Source: Camelus dromedarius (taxonomy: Eukaryota). From it: a DNA stretch of 64,000 nt. Location: assembly GCF_036321535.1 (NCBI RefSeq), contig NC_087449.1, positions 28,644,001-28,708,000 of the forward strand, read 5' to 3'. Positions 1 to 11,844 of this stretch are shown piece by piece; position 1 is the first letter of the stretch, and each line of letters begins with the position of its first letter. The translations under genes and the position numbers were made by a program. The notes under the pieces are model-generated. The model saw nothing but the letters and a program-made list of their open reading frames with translations. It was not told the origin of the DNA and searched no databases.

Positions 1-2024
1 TGGTAGTCTGTGCTCTTTGCTATTCAAGTTGATGAGATTCTGGGACCTGTTTAAGATCCTGGAGTTACTTGGCAGTAGAACCGTTGCCATCATCATCATC
101 ATTGTCATCACCACCTTTGTCATTATCACTGTCACTGTTGCTGCCTTCATAGCAATGATCTCTACTGAGTCCAATTTTGTGCTGATGGGCACTTTTCATA
201 GTAATCCCGTTAATTCTCAAACAAGCTCATGTTCCTCTAGAAGGAAGCTGAGGCACAATGAGCTTAAATAAGTGCTGAGATTTTCGTGGCCAGTCAGTGC
301 AGAACTGGGGTTGTGACCCTTCGTGTTTGATCTTATCTGTTCTCATTTTCATTCTCCAGACTCTTTTTTTTTTTCACTGATCCTCGTTGCTGTTCTTAAA
401 ACCCAGCAAAGCACAAAATGATGAAATTTTTCTTGGCTGGCTCTTCATTGTTAGCCCAATGCTCAGAGGATCACTGTCCAAAAAGACACAGGCTTTACCC
501 TTCAGGGACCTGAGTTTTTCCTCCTGTTTTGCCGTCAGGTGGACGAGGGGTTACCTGAGGGTTCCTGTGTGTCTTTCAATTCCCTGGAAATGGAATAACA
601 ATGTTACCTGCCATGTTTCCTAATATGGTGATGGGAATAGGAAAGTTGGGGCCCTTGTGAGTTTACCTTCCACTTAGAGAACAAGAAGCATCTTGTGAAA
701 GAGAGAAGGGAGTATTTTTCAGGTTGAAAACGGCTACCTTGGGCTGCTCTATGACACTGATTAGCTTGAGCCGAAAAAACGACCATCACTCAGGCTCTTT
801 GGTGACAGTGGAGGAATCCTACACAGTTAGTATGTACACTTGTGACTTAAAACAGCCATACTGTGGATGACAAGAGACCCAGTGACATCAGACACACTTT
901 CAATTTATCTAGCAGAGCACATGCAGTTCCTGTCTCAAAGGGGGCAGAATTAAATAAGAATGAATACCAAATAAAGAATTCATTTGTATTCATAGGCTTT
1001 TAATAAATAAGAATCTTTTTTTTTTGAAATGAGCTCTGAGCCCTAGGTCTTGAGACTTCTTGTTTAATTAACATGCAGAATGTGACTTCTTCTTGTTTCA
1101 AAATGACCATTTTTTTTTTTTTTGGAAGCTTGAGCTTAGATCTTTAGTGACATTTTTTCTGCAAGCAAATATTTACAGCCGAGTTGGAAACTGACAGGAA
1201 GGAGGGTTTAAAGTGAAAATGTTACCCAACTGAAGTTTACATCTGAGTGAAACACATGGTGTCACCATGGACAGAGTCCTAAGAACTCAAAATATTTGTC
1301 AATTTGTAAAACTTGAAGAAACCAAGCTGCTTTCGTTTGTTAATGTTAACTCTAAAAATCACATTTTTTTTTGTATATGCATTATGGTGGCCATTCCTAC
1401 TTCTTATCTCTTTGGTTTTACTTTGGTCCCGGAACTGCAGCTGTTTGCATATTCTTTATCTTCTGTTCCAGATGAGATGGATGCCTGGTGGTAGCCCCAC
1501 GTTTTCCACTGCCATGCTTCTGACTCTACAGTGAACACCCTCCTTTTTCAGATCTCCTCCCAGTCTAATAGAATCTTAAAGTCAAGTTCAGATACCATGT
1601 CCTGCATGAAGTCTTCTTAGTTAACTCCATGCAATATTGACCAGCACTGACATTGGTTGTTTTTCTCACTTTATGAATTTTTCAATCATATAAGTAAACC
1701 AAATTAATTGTAAAGAATGAGCAAGTATTGAAAAGTATAAGAAGCTTGTAAAAAGTCATTTGAAATTCCAGTTGTCTTGCTTATAATTTGGTGACCATCT
1801 TTTCATTTATCTCTTTAGACACGTATACTAAAAAATGTAGATATAATTTTACTGATTCTGCCTCATTATGCAAACCATTTTCTGTTTGTTTACCCTGGAC
1901 AGCAATTTTTTTAATATAGCTTTTTGTTTATTTACTCTCCCTTGCCCTTCAAGCTAATCTAACAACCAGGATGCCTTCCATATCTTCCTCTAAGCTCCTT
2001 ATAACATTTACACATATATGTCCA

Positions 2025-2060
2025 CACACACACACACACACATATGTTCATACACACATA
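2025..2060. repeat. (CA)n / (TA)n microsatellite
   Basis: cacacacacacacacacacatatgttcatacacacata. Confidence 0.85.
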
Positions 2061-2608
2061 TATGCAAATGTAAGGATTTTTGTTATTGGCTTAAAACATG
2101 AGATCATATATACATTCCTTGGCATATTGCTTTTTATCACTTTAAACACTAGAAAACTACCCCATTCTAGCTCTCCATCAGTCAGTTGGTATAGATGTCA
2201 CTCTTTTCAATGGCTGTATAAGTTTCAGTGGTATGAATATACCACAGATTTTTTTAACCACTTCTCTGCTGATGGGCATTTACTTTTGTTCCACTAATTT
2301 TTATAAACAATGCTGAAATAAGCATCCTGGTACATTTATCAGTATCTGTTGATGCTTTAAGTTTTATGAGTAGATCCCCAAACCTAACACTTCAGAGTCA
2401 AAGGACGTGTGCTTTTTAAAGTTGTAGTAGATGGCACCGTGTATCTTTCTGAAGAGAATATAGTAATTCCCTCACTTCCATTAGCATGGATGCAGCAACA
2501 TTTCCTTATTTTATCTTTGCCAGCAGCACATACTATCATTCTCTTTTACTTTTGCTACCCTCATATGTAACGAGTGGTATCTCACTGCTATTTACTTTGT
2601 ATTTTCTT

Positions 2609-4154
2609 TCTTTTTTTGTTGTTGTTAACCACTAGCAGCTGCCAATTTATTCTGAATAAATAAGTTAATATTACAGCTGAAAGCTGCCTCCCATTGTCTG
2701 TGCCATTGGACCCCAGGTGGAAGAAGTGGGCCCTACTAGAGTCCAGGTGCTGAGAGGTCTCAGCATCCTGAAGAAAGCAGTGCCAAGGTGGGCCAGTTTC
2801 GGATGGTTATGGTGCTGGGGCCTGGGGCTGCACGCGAGGTGAGGGAAGGGCTTGCAGGCAGCCCCATGATGGGGAGGACCCGGCTGAAGGTTTCTGTGGG
2901 CATTTGCTCAGGCCCTGTCCAGGTGGCAGGCTTGGGCTCTTCCATGGGAGATAGGAGCACCAAACCTGGTTCACTCAAAATGCCAATCCCACTGCAGGGA
3001 CACAATGGCTGTGCAGAAGCCTGGGGTGGAGCTGAGAGCGATGGGGAGGGAGAAGCTGGTTCTGGCTGTATGGAGGCAGGACTCCTGGCTCCGGGCATGA
3101 GTGACATGAGACACAGAGGGTCCACCCCTCTGCCCTGCGACGCCACTGGTACTCAGGCTGTACATGCTCCTCGATCTGTAAGCTTACTGAAAACTGCAAA
3201 CAAGCTACAGTTCCTTCCCCTAAGTTTAAGGTCCCCACCACGTCCTCGCCAAGTCTATATACAGATTTGAAGCTGCCAAATGTCCCAACTTTTCCTCAGG
3301 CATCACTGATATTGTAGAGATGGAGGCTGTGGCAGGATGTGGCAGCCACGAGGTTCTCCCCAGCCACCTCAGCGAGCCATGAGCCTTCTTCCCACCTTCA
3401 TCCTCCTCCAGAATGGACTGGATGGGGCTACAGCCTTATCCTGGAGAAGTTGGACATCTTGAAGGCTGATCAGCACAAGAACCCTCAGAGAGACCCTGAG
3501 TAAACTGATGGGTGAGTTGACGGGCTGGCAGCCACTGGTCAGTTAGACATACTTGACTGACTGACCCCAAAAGGAAGGTGGTCCCTCTATAGGATGCACT
3601 TGGCTGTTGGAGTATGATTTGGGCTCTCCAGGGTCTAGCCTCAGGTCACAGAACAGGATTTTTGGTGGAGTGGAAAGGATACACTGACCCCTCTCACCTT
3701 GGTGCAGTAGAAAGACAGTCTGGCCCTCAGGCTGGACATCTGGCTGACTGGAGTCTGGGGGAGGCAGTAGATTTGGGCACCGGCCCAGGCCAGAGCCTCA
3801 CTGGACGCAGAAGTGGCTGTGGGAGGTAGGGGATTGGTGACGGTCACCACACGCTCCAGCACCTCCCCCGCCAGAAACACAGGACCTCTGCTGGCCCTGC
3901 TACCGCTTCAATCATGGCAGCCCCGGAACTGGATCTAGAAGAAAACAAGAGGTGTCAGAGGTCAGTACCACGGCAGGGAGGGATGTCTTGGCTCGCCTGG
4001 GGGTGAGGTCCGAGGAAGTGGGCGGTCAGCGCCACGGTGTCAGAGGGAAGTGTCCAGATCTGGGGTGAGGGAGGGCGGAAGGGGAGGTACGGTGGCAGCT
4101 GATGCAGCACTACCGAGGTGGAGGCCGTCGCTCTGGGGCCCAGCCCCCGCCCCC
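2609..4154 (-). pseudogene. RGP1: Processed pseudogene (retrocopy) of RGP1, the partner of RIC1 in the RAB6A GEF complex
   Basis: Minus-strand ATG at 3915 starts MIEAVA. Fragments [97 protein letters not shown] and GPSTITI match my recollection of human RGP1 co-linearly with no coding introns (3915-2799). AATAAA on the minus strand (plus tttatt 2646-2651) is followed by an A-rich tail. TSD tgtattttctt at 2598-2608 and 4155-4165. Frameshifts and in-frame stops are present. Confidence 0.95.
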
Positions 4155-5184
4155 TGTATTTTCTTGATGCTGCCAATGAGGAGCGTCATTTCACATTCAT
4201 GGGGCGTTTGGATTTGCTTCTGGCTGGATAGCTAATTCATTGTCTTTGCCCTTTTTTTGGATGGTTTTTCTTTTTCTTATCACTTTGTAAGGGTTTCTTT
4301 TATATTATAGATAGCAATCTTTTTTTCTTTTATCTACATTGCATCTGATTTTCCTTCCTTAGAGGCTTGAGCTGGTGTTATAATAACTTCTTTATTTATC
4401 TATGTCAAAACTAGACCAGGAGTTACCAGACAGCAGTGATGTGTCTGAGCCATTTTTAGGACATCACATCTAGAGCAAAGCCTGAGAAAGTGTAGGTTCA
4501 GAATGAATGGTTTTAACACTGACTACATGTATGATATCCAAGTGTATTCCGTTGAACATTGACTTGCATGAAATAATTTATAACTGTGGCACCACACAGA
4601 GGTATTTCAAATAAGCCAAGTTTCAACATGACCAATGTTTTGAAAATTTGTAAGTGAATTATATCCTTCCCTGCTTTTTAAAAATAGATCATGACTCAGG
4701 AATATCATTTTGAACATCAACAATTCTGTCAAGCTATATATTTGGTATTCCTAAGGGCTATTTAGAGATGCAGGACCACTTGCCTTTATAGATGAGTGGC
4801 TCTCAACCTGTGGAGGTATGAATTTTAAATTCTCCTTCTATTTTTCATACCTTTGTAGCCTCTTCCCTCACTGTTGAATTGCACTATCATGTCTTGCTAC
4901 TGTCAGTTTTCCTGCCTCTAAAAGCAGTCTTCTTCCCTTTCTCTTCATCCTTGTGTTGGCTTTGGGCTAATATATTTCGGGAACCATGCTCACTGGAGAC
5001 ATGGCTCTGATAAGGGTCAATAATCACCACCCAAGTCCTGGCCAGGGTACCACTTCTATGAATAAAGTGCATCAGCCTCCAGTGAAAATATAAGTCAGCT
5101 TTTTGGGTTTTTTTTTTGTTTTTATCTTTGTTTACAACTTTTCTGGAAAGCTGAGGTTTCTAGGTAAGTGATGGGCTGGCGTGC

Positions 5185-5575
5185 CATCTGAATTAATTAG
5201 GATATAAACCCAACTGCATGTAGCCAAGACACCAAATAAAGCAGTTTAAAATGTGTCTTTAAAATGGTAGAAATACATGCTCAGTCTTGTAAAAGTCTGA
5301 GTGCACAGGGCAGCTCCCAGCTGTGAAGTCATTCAGGGTCCAGCCTCCTTCCAGCTTGCTGTTCTCCATCCCTTGGACTTTGTTGACATCTTCACGATGG
5401 TACGTCACCACCTCCGCATTCAAGCTAGACGGCTGGGAGAGGGGAAAGAGGTCAGAGGAGGGCCTCCCTATTTCTTTTAAGGACACGGCTAGAAGTTGGA
5501 CCCATAGTTTTTTAGATCCTCGTTGGCCAGTGCGAAGTCAACTGGCCACTCCTAACAGAAGGGAGACTAAACAGC
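5185..5575 (-). mobile_element. MaLR LTR (MLT1J/K-like)
   Basis: Motifs gtcattcagggtccagcctccttccagcttgctg and ttggccag...gtcaactggccactccta resemble the MLT1 consensus. Confidence 0.6.
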
Positions 5576-5664
5576 ACTCTTTTATAACAAGTTTTTTAAA
5601 ACTTATGTATATTTGCTTATTTACACCTAGATTTCTATTCTTTTTAAAAATTTACCCTGTGGCT

Positions 5665-6024
5665 TTTTTATTCTTATTTTTTATTGAATTGTAGTCGATT
5701 GACAATGTTAGTTTCAGGGGCACAGCAAAGCAATTCAGTTGTACATATACATATATATATATATATATATTCAGTTTCTTTTCCGTTATGGCTCATTACA
5801 AGAAACTGAATATAGTTCCCTGTGCTATACAGGAGGTCCTTGCTATTTATCCACTTCACATACAGTGATGTGTATTCGTCAGTCCCAAACTCCCAGTCTA
5901 TCCCTCCCCGCTTGACCTGCCTGGTAACCACAGTTTGTTTTCTCTGTCCGTGAGTCTATTTCTGGTTTGTAAATAAAATTTGTATCTTTTGTTTTTTTAG
6001 ATTCCACATATAAGTGACATCATT
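5665..6024 (-). mobile_element. 5'-truncated artiodactyl-type L1 3' end
   Basis: T-rich tail, then tatagttccctgtgctatacag, ctggtaaccacagtttgttttc and ttagattccacatataagtga, the reverse complement of the L1 3' UTR. Confidence 0.9.
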
Positions 6025-6068
6025 TGTAAAGAGCATTGCCTTTGTTGCCATGTGTTGGAATTGGGTGC

Positions 6069-6100
6069 GAAGATGGGGAGAATGGAAGATGGGGAGAATG
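6069..6100. repeat. Perfect 16-bp tandem duplication
   Basis: gaagatggggagaatg twice (6069-6084, 6085-6100). Confidence 0.9.
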
Positions 6101-7159
6101 GACGTTGGGGGACACATTCGAGGTCTCTGTCCTCCTACTCCCATCATTCCTGGTGTCCTCTCAGCTTTCTTGAAGGGTGGCCAGCCCTTGAGTGCGATTG
6201 CCTATAGTTTTGCTCCCCACCTCCCCTTGTTGTATAGAATGTAAATTAGTTACTCAACAAAGAAAGCTTTATTTACAATCGTTCTCTCCTTGTTTTGGTG
6301 AGGGGAATGTTGAGCAGGGGGGAGAATTGAGCTTGCCAGTAACATGAGGCTCAGGGACTAGAAACGTTTGGGCTTCCTGGCTGATACTTCTTTCATTTAG
6401 CCCATGTCCTGTCTCGTCCTTTATGGCTCCACACAGGGTTAGTTATTCCTATTTCTTATTCAGCCTTCATTTTCAGCTCTAAGAGGTTCAGGTGTGGAGA
6501 CCACATGCTTTGGAAGCAGGTGCCTTGGGCAATTCTGTGAGTGTCAAGCGGGAAATCAACCCCCTGCAAATAATACAAGTGAGCTGAGAGTTGGAGATTA
6601 TGACGTCTTTTGCAAAACAAGGGTTTCCTGGTAATCAGCAGATTGCATTTCTGAGCAGAAGTTTCTGCACCCCATGGGCTCCCATTGCCTTTCTGATTGA
6701 TCTGATTGATACAGAAGCATCCCTTCCCTCACTCCAGACGGACTCTGGAATTGGGTTTACTCCAGCCAAGTGGCTGATTCTAACTGGTCTCTCTGCTTCC
6801 AAAGCACAAATGTGATCTTGTTATTTTATTTTTTTAGTTGGGGGAGGATTTTGAGGGATGAGACTTACTCACGCCCTGTCTCTCTCCAAGTTAAAAGCCA
6901 AGGGGGAGATAAATACGGGAGTTAGAAAAAGATGAAACGTGGGTCTGATATGTGTTGAGGCTTGACTGGAGAATTTAGCTTGTGCAGCTCCATCGGACCT
7001 CTCGAACTTTCTCTTTACGTTGGCCTGGGTTGGATATCTACATGTTTCCCTTCCCCCGTAGGAGCAAAAGTGGTCTCACAGGCTTACTTCGTGGGTGAGC
7101 AATGAATGAGGATCTTCTGAAGTCAGAGAGCCACGAACAAGGGAAGAGAAAAAACTGTT

Positions 7160-7420
7160 CTGTTGTATCAATTAGGTTCTTAGTTGCAGATGCAATAAAT
7201 TAAGCAGAAAGGGATTTATTCATGGGTGTTGGGTAGCCAGTTGCATTCCAGGAGGGGCCTGGGATCCAAGCTTGGACATCAGCACGGTTACCCAGACACC
7301 ATGGAATGGTGGAGATGACACTGTTTGCTCGAGGCAGATAGGAGGATCTTCATCTGAGCTGCCCCGGCAGAGTTCTCCGCACACCCAGCAAATGTCGCCT
7401 TCCTTTCTTTCCCTCCCTCC
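7160..7420 (-). mobile_element. Old MaLR-type LTR fragment
   Basis: tgtatcaattagg...ttagttgca...aagcagaaagggatttatt start typical of old MLT1 LTRs in reverse. Confidence 0.45.
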
Positions 7421-7724
7421 AAACCTCGTGCAAGCTGTCTGCCTGGTCCCCAGAGCACCTTGCAGTCACTTATGGATCTTCCGCAGAAGGATAAAAAAAT
7501 GCAAATATGGAGCTGGCATGGTGCTGGGAGAGCCCAGAGCATATCTGCTCTAGCCACACGTGTTTGCTCTCTTCTGAATTCCCCCAAAAGAGAAATCAGT
7601 CCCTTTCCTTTGAGGAGTGAGGATGGACGCCCTGCTGCCCTGCTCTTCCCTCCTGGGGAGTGGAGAGGAAGTAGCCAGGAAGCCTTTCCCTTGAACATCA
7701 CACATTGGCTTACAAACCTTACAG

Positions 7725-8925
7725 GCCACTGTGGGTTTCAGGATAAAACTCAGACTCCTTAGCATGGCAGAAAGCCTCTCCTTTGTTTCTATCCTGTTTT
7801 TCAGCCTTGTTCCCCTCCAGTCTTCTTTCCATTCACTGTCTGCCTCTCTCCTCTGGGTGCAGAACTCTCTGAGCTACTTGGAAGACCTTGAACGTGCCTG
7901 TGCTCTCCCACGCCTCCTTGTCTCTGTCCCTTCTGCCCCCCACTCCTCCCACCTTGTGTGAACTGCCCCCCACGCCCTCCTTCACGCGACAAACTTCTAC
8001 TGACCCTTCCAGACCGAGGCATCATTTCCTCTGGCAATCTTCTTCAGCCCCTCCTACACTGACTTAGGCATGTCCCTCCTGGATATGCCCAAAGAACCCA
8101 ACAATCCTTTCTGGGACTGCACTTCACACGTAATATGTGCCCTTGAGTTTATCCGACCGCTCAAGTTACTGTGTACTTCCTGAGGGCACAGTGTTTATTT
8201 TTTATCTCTGTATCCCAGCAGCTAGCACAATGTCTGGTACACCGTGGTTGTGTTAGAGTGGGCAGGTGGCTGGATATGAGCAGAGAAAGGGGGGTGCAGA
8301 CCAAATGGCAGGAATTGGGCAAAAAGGAGGGGCAAGGGCCAAATGCAGGAAACCTTACATCATGTAAACACCATGGGTCCATGGGCGGAGAAAGAAAAGC
8401 AGGAACCCCTGGCTGATAAACAGTCACACATTTTGGGGTGACAAGTGGCCTGAAGGCCAACAAAGAAAAGTGGGAAAAGGCAGGAATCTCCAGTGTCTGA
8501 AAGTAAGACCTTTTGCTCATTATGCCCTCATTTCAATAAAATTAGACTTTCAGATTAGAAGTACCCATCATGCACCAACGCCATGACACTTCTGATCCAG
8601 ACTAAATAAGGACAAAAATCCCTCCTCCCCTCGGGAAGGTGGAGTTGGGATGAAAACCGGGGAGTATGACCCCAAATCCTTCCCTCACCAATGAATATTC
8701 CGCCCATTCATTTTCACGCTCTATGTAACCAAACTGGCAAAGAAACTCAGGGCAGCTGCTCACCTGAGCCTGCCTGCTCTCTCCTTGAGAGTGTGCTATG
8801 CATCCCTTAATAAACCCTAACTATACTTTCTTGACCTCCGTGTCTCGTCTCTGAATTCTTTCTGCAATGGGACAAGAATGTAGTCATTGGCAACAGTTGT
8901 ACAAACGAATAAAAGAATGAATGAG
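7725..8925 (+). mobile_element. L2 3' end, interrupted by the LTR at 8251-8895
   Basis: aaactcagactccttagcatggc, aaacttctactgacccttccag and ctagcacaatgtctggtacac, resuming after the LTR with gaataaaagaatgaatga (L2 terminus). Confidence 0.8.
8251..8895 (+). mobile_element. Solo ERV1-class LTR (MER41/MER50-like), 645 bp
   Basis: Starts TGTTAGAG, ends GGCAACA (TG...CA). 4-bp TSD gttg at 8247-8250 and 8896-8899. AATAAA at 8809-8814 followed by a U5-like gtctctgaattctttc. Confidence 0.88.
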
Positions 8926-9105
8926 AGAGTACTCGTAAAGAACATGGGTTTTAAATTTGGAATCTGACTTTGCCACCATGTAGTTATATAGCTTGGGGCA
9001 AGTTGAACATCAGAGGGTTGTTGTGTGAAGGCTAAAAAAAATTATGCATGTCAAGTGCTTAGCATAGAACACATAGCAAACATACAATAAAAGTTAGCTG
9101 TGCTT
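8925..9105 (+). mobile_element. MIR SINE
   Basis: Degenerate MIR: gggttgttgtgtgaagg...gtgcttagcatag...caataaaagttagctg. Confidence 0.65.
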
Positions 9106-10138
9106 TTGATTATAAGATAATCATTGTCATTGCAGGTGCTCAATAAACAGTAGTGACCACTGGAACATTTTCTAGACCAAAGTGTAACATGGTGACCTGT
9201 GACATTTCCTACCTCCTGTAGGACTTACCCCTCCCACCCCCCAATACTTTGAAGCCACCAGTGGATTGAAGGGAGGAGTGAAAATAGACAGAAATTGACA
9301 GGAGTCACCATCAGGCAAAACCCTTAACAGAGCAAGCTCAGAGACAGTGTGAGAGATGCCTCCTGACATCAGGTTACAGTAATTGCACTGTCACCAGGAT
9401 TTTACTAACAGTTCTGCCTCCTTTACATACTTCTTTCTTGACTTCAGAATTTTTCCCTAAAAAAAAAAAATTTGACGCTGAGGTGACACTGAAACCAGTG
9501 TCAAAACTTCAGTGAAGGTCAAACATTTTCCAAGGGATTGCCTGGAAGCACACTTCCCGCTGTGTTCTCTCTGCGAGCGTGCAATGTAAAGACAGTGGGA
9601 GCTTTAAGCTGATGTCGAAAACCAGCTTGGAACGTGGCAAATGTCTTCTTTGTGCCAAACTCCCAGCACAGTGTCTTACCCAGAGTAGATGCGTTTCCAT
9701 CCATGTATGTGCAAAATACCTTCTCTTTTTTCTCTTTTCCCTGTGGGTCCATGCTGATTTCACTACATTCAATTCAGCAAACATTTATAGAACCCCTACT
9801 GCCTGTAGGGAACACTACTGATTCTTTTCTTCTCTGCTTGTTCCTCCTACCACATTAAGGCTACTGCTTTATTAGAAGTAAAAGCTCATGTCAAAAAACA
9901 AATACGTGAGTTGCTGGCATCTACTGTTTTTAAGGGGACAACATAAAAGTGTTTTTATTACTGGTGTCTGTAGAAAGAGTTCCTTGTTATTGGGGACTGA
10001 ACGGAAGGAGCGTGGGCAGAATATTGACCTGGAGGGAGTATGAAGACCGAGGACCCAGTCCTTATGTGTGTTAATTTGGGCATATTGTGTAACATCTCTG
10101 GGTTCTAGGTTTCCCCTAATTATTAAGAACCTTTTCAG

Positions 10139-10347
10139 GGACCTACTGTATGGCACAGGGAACTATGTTCAGTTTCTTCTAATAACATATAATGGAAAAG
10201 AATCTGAAAAGAAAAAATATATATAGATGTATATGTATAACTGAATCACTTTGCTGTACATCTGAACTAACATTGTAAATCAACTACACGTCAATAAAAA
10301 ATTAAAAATAAATAAATAAAACATATAACCTTAACATCAAGGGGGAA
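10139..10347 (+). mobile_element. 5'-truncated L1 3' end with 14-bp TSD
   Basis: gacctactgtatggcacagggaactat ... tgtaaatcaactacacgtcaataaaaaa. TSD aagaaccttttcag at 10125-10138 and 10348-10361. Confidence 0.92.
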
Positions 10348-11844
10348 AAGAACCTTTTCAGCCCTCACATATTATGATTCAAAAGAAATGTAAAAGGAAT
10401 ATAACAAAGGTTGGATCTGATGCCCTACGTGGAAGGTGCAGTGGCTTTGGAATTCTAAGGTTGTTTTGGACTGTGGCATTGACGCTTGGCTTGTGTGATG
10501 TCGAGCTGAACCTCTCAGCCGCCCTTCTCTCTAAAAGGGGGACACTGCTCCTCTCCTTTCCTGCTGCATCAAGTCGTAGTGAAGCAAAGAGACGATGCAC
10601 GTGAAAGTGAATTGTGAATGACAAGGGATTGCACACACGCATCCAGTCTATGATTGCTGTTCATAATCATTTTGATTTCGATGTTTTATTTCAATCGAAG
10701 ATTCCACATTTTACCTTCTGTGTTGTTTGATGGGAGCATCTCCTTTTGGCTTTTGTGGGTTTGTCTTTTTTTTTTTCCCCTCCTGGAAGCAGTCAGGGGA
10801 TTTCTCCAAGGAGCCAATGCTGTGTCCTCTGCATGTCTTTCCAACCGGACTTGGGCCCATGTGCTTGTCTGAGTGCATAATGTTTTATTTGTTGGCCTGA
10901 AAGGAGACCATTTGTTCCCTGCTAAATGAACTGTTACTGTGCGCCTCTGCCCCTCCTCCCCCAACACCTGGGGCTGTATTCATGGGAGAACCCAGCCGTG
11001 GATCTCAGGAAAAAGTTTATCAGAAGGGAGAAAACATTTCTCTGCAGGTTGCGTCCTCCGTCGCTGGCCTCGGCTCATTAGGCAGAGCAGGGTGGGTCAC
11101 CAGTGGGCAGGTCTGTAGGCCTGGGTTCGCACGGGTGCTGCCAGCGGGCTCGGGGACCAAGGGGAGGCGCAGGGCTCTCCCCAGCCTCTTTCTGGCCTGT
11201 CTGCCGCCCCTGCCCTGCAGGTGGCTAATTAGCTCTAATTGGATGGTGCCTTGCTGCCTGTGGTTTGGGCGGCTTATCTAAGCTTGCCGCCAGGGGCATC
11301 TTTCCCTTATTTGGCCCCGGGCCTGACCTAATCTCACAACTGACCACAGAGAGACCTCTCTCCTGCAGACTGGGCCCTCTGGGCTCTGTCCACCGTGAAT
11401 GGACTTGGGACAGCTTCTATCCGGACTGTGGTGGCTGGATCTTCTCAGCACAGACCACGCTGCCAGGTCAGCCCTGGTCAGTTCGGGCGTTCAGTGCACT
11501 GCAATGATGCTGTGGTTACAGTTGTACCGGGTGTTGGTCCTCCCAGTCCTGGGTCTCTCATGACATCCTGTTGACAACATGAGCCCAAAGTACAGGAGAG
11601 AGACCCAGAGAGATTATTTCACAACCACATCCTCCCCACTTCCCCTGTACACACCTCACACTCACTCTCCATCCAGGCAACCTGAACTTGCGACGTCACC
11701 AGGACTAGAATTCGGGGCTCCCAACCTGAAGGAGAGTGTGTGTCTGTCTTCTGCCCTGGGGGAACCCTGCTTCTTCGTCTTTTTACCCTCATAACCCAAG
11801 TGCTCAGGAAATCCTTGTGGAATTAATTTCCGAGGGCTTCAAAA

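Larger units (their letters stand above)
1650..4420 (-). mobile_element. Old L1M-type LINE 3' fragment, split by the RGP1 retrocopy
   Basis: L1-like text (agtggtatctcactgct ... gaggagcgtcatttcacattcatgggg ... tgtctttgccc) reads continuously across the two TSD copies. Boundaries approximate. Confidence 0.7.

Noticed and set aside
2788-3270. 160-aa plus-strand ORF and 128-aa minus-strand ORF (2760-3146)
   Set aside because: Antisense or frameshifted readings of the RGP1 pseudogene; only the C-terminal part of the minus ORF is in the RGP1 frame.
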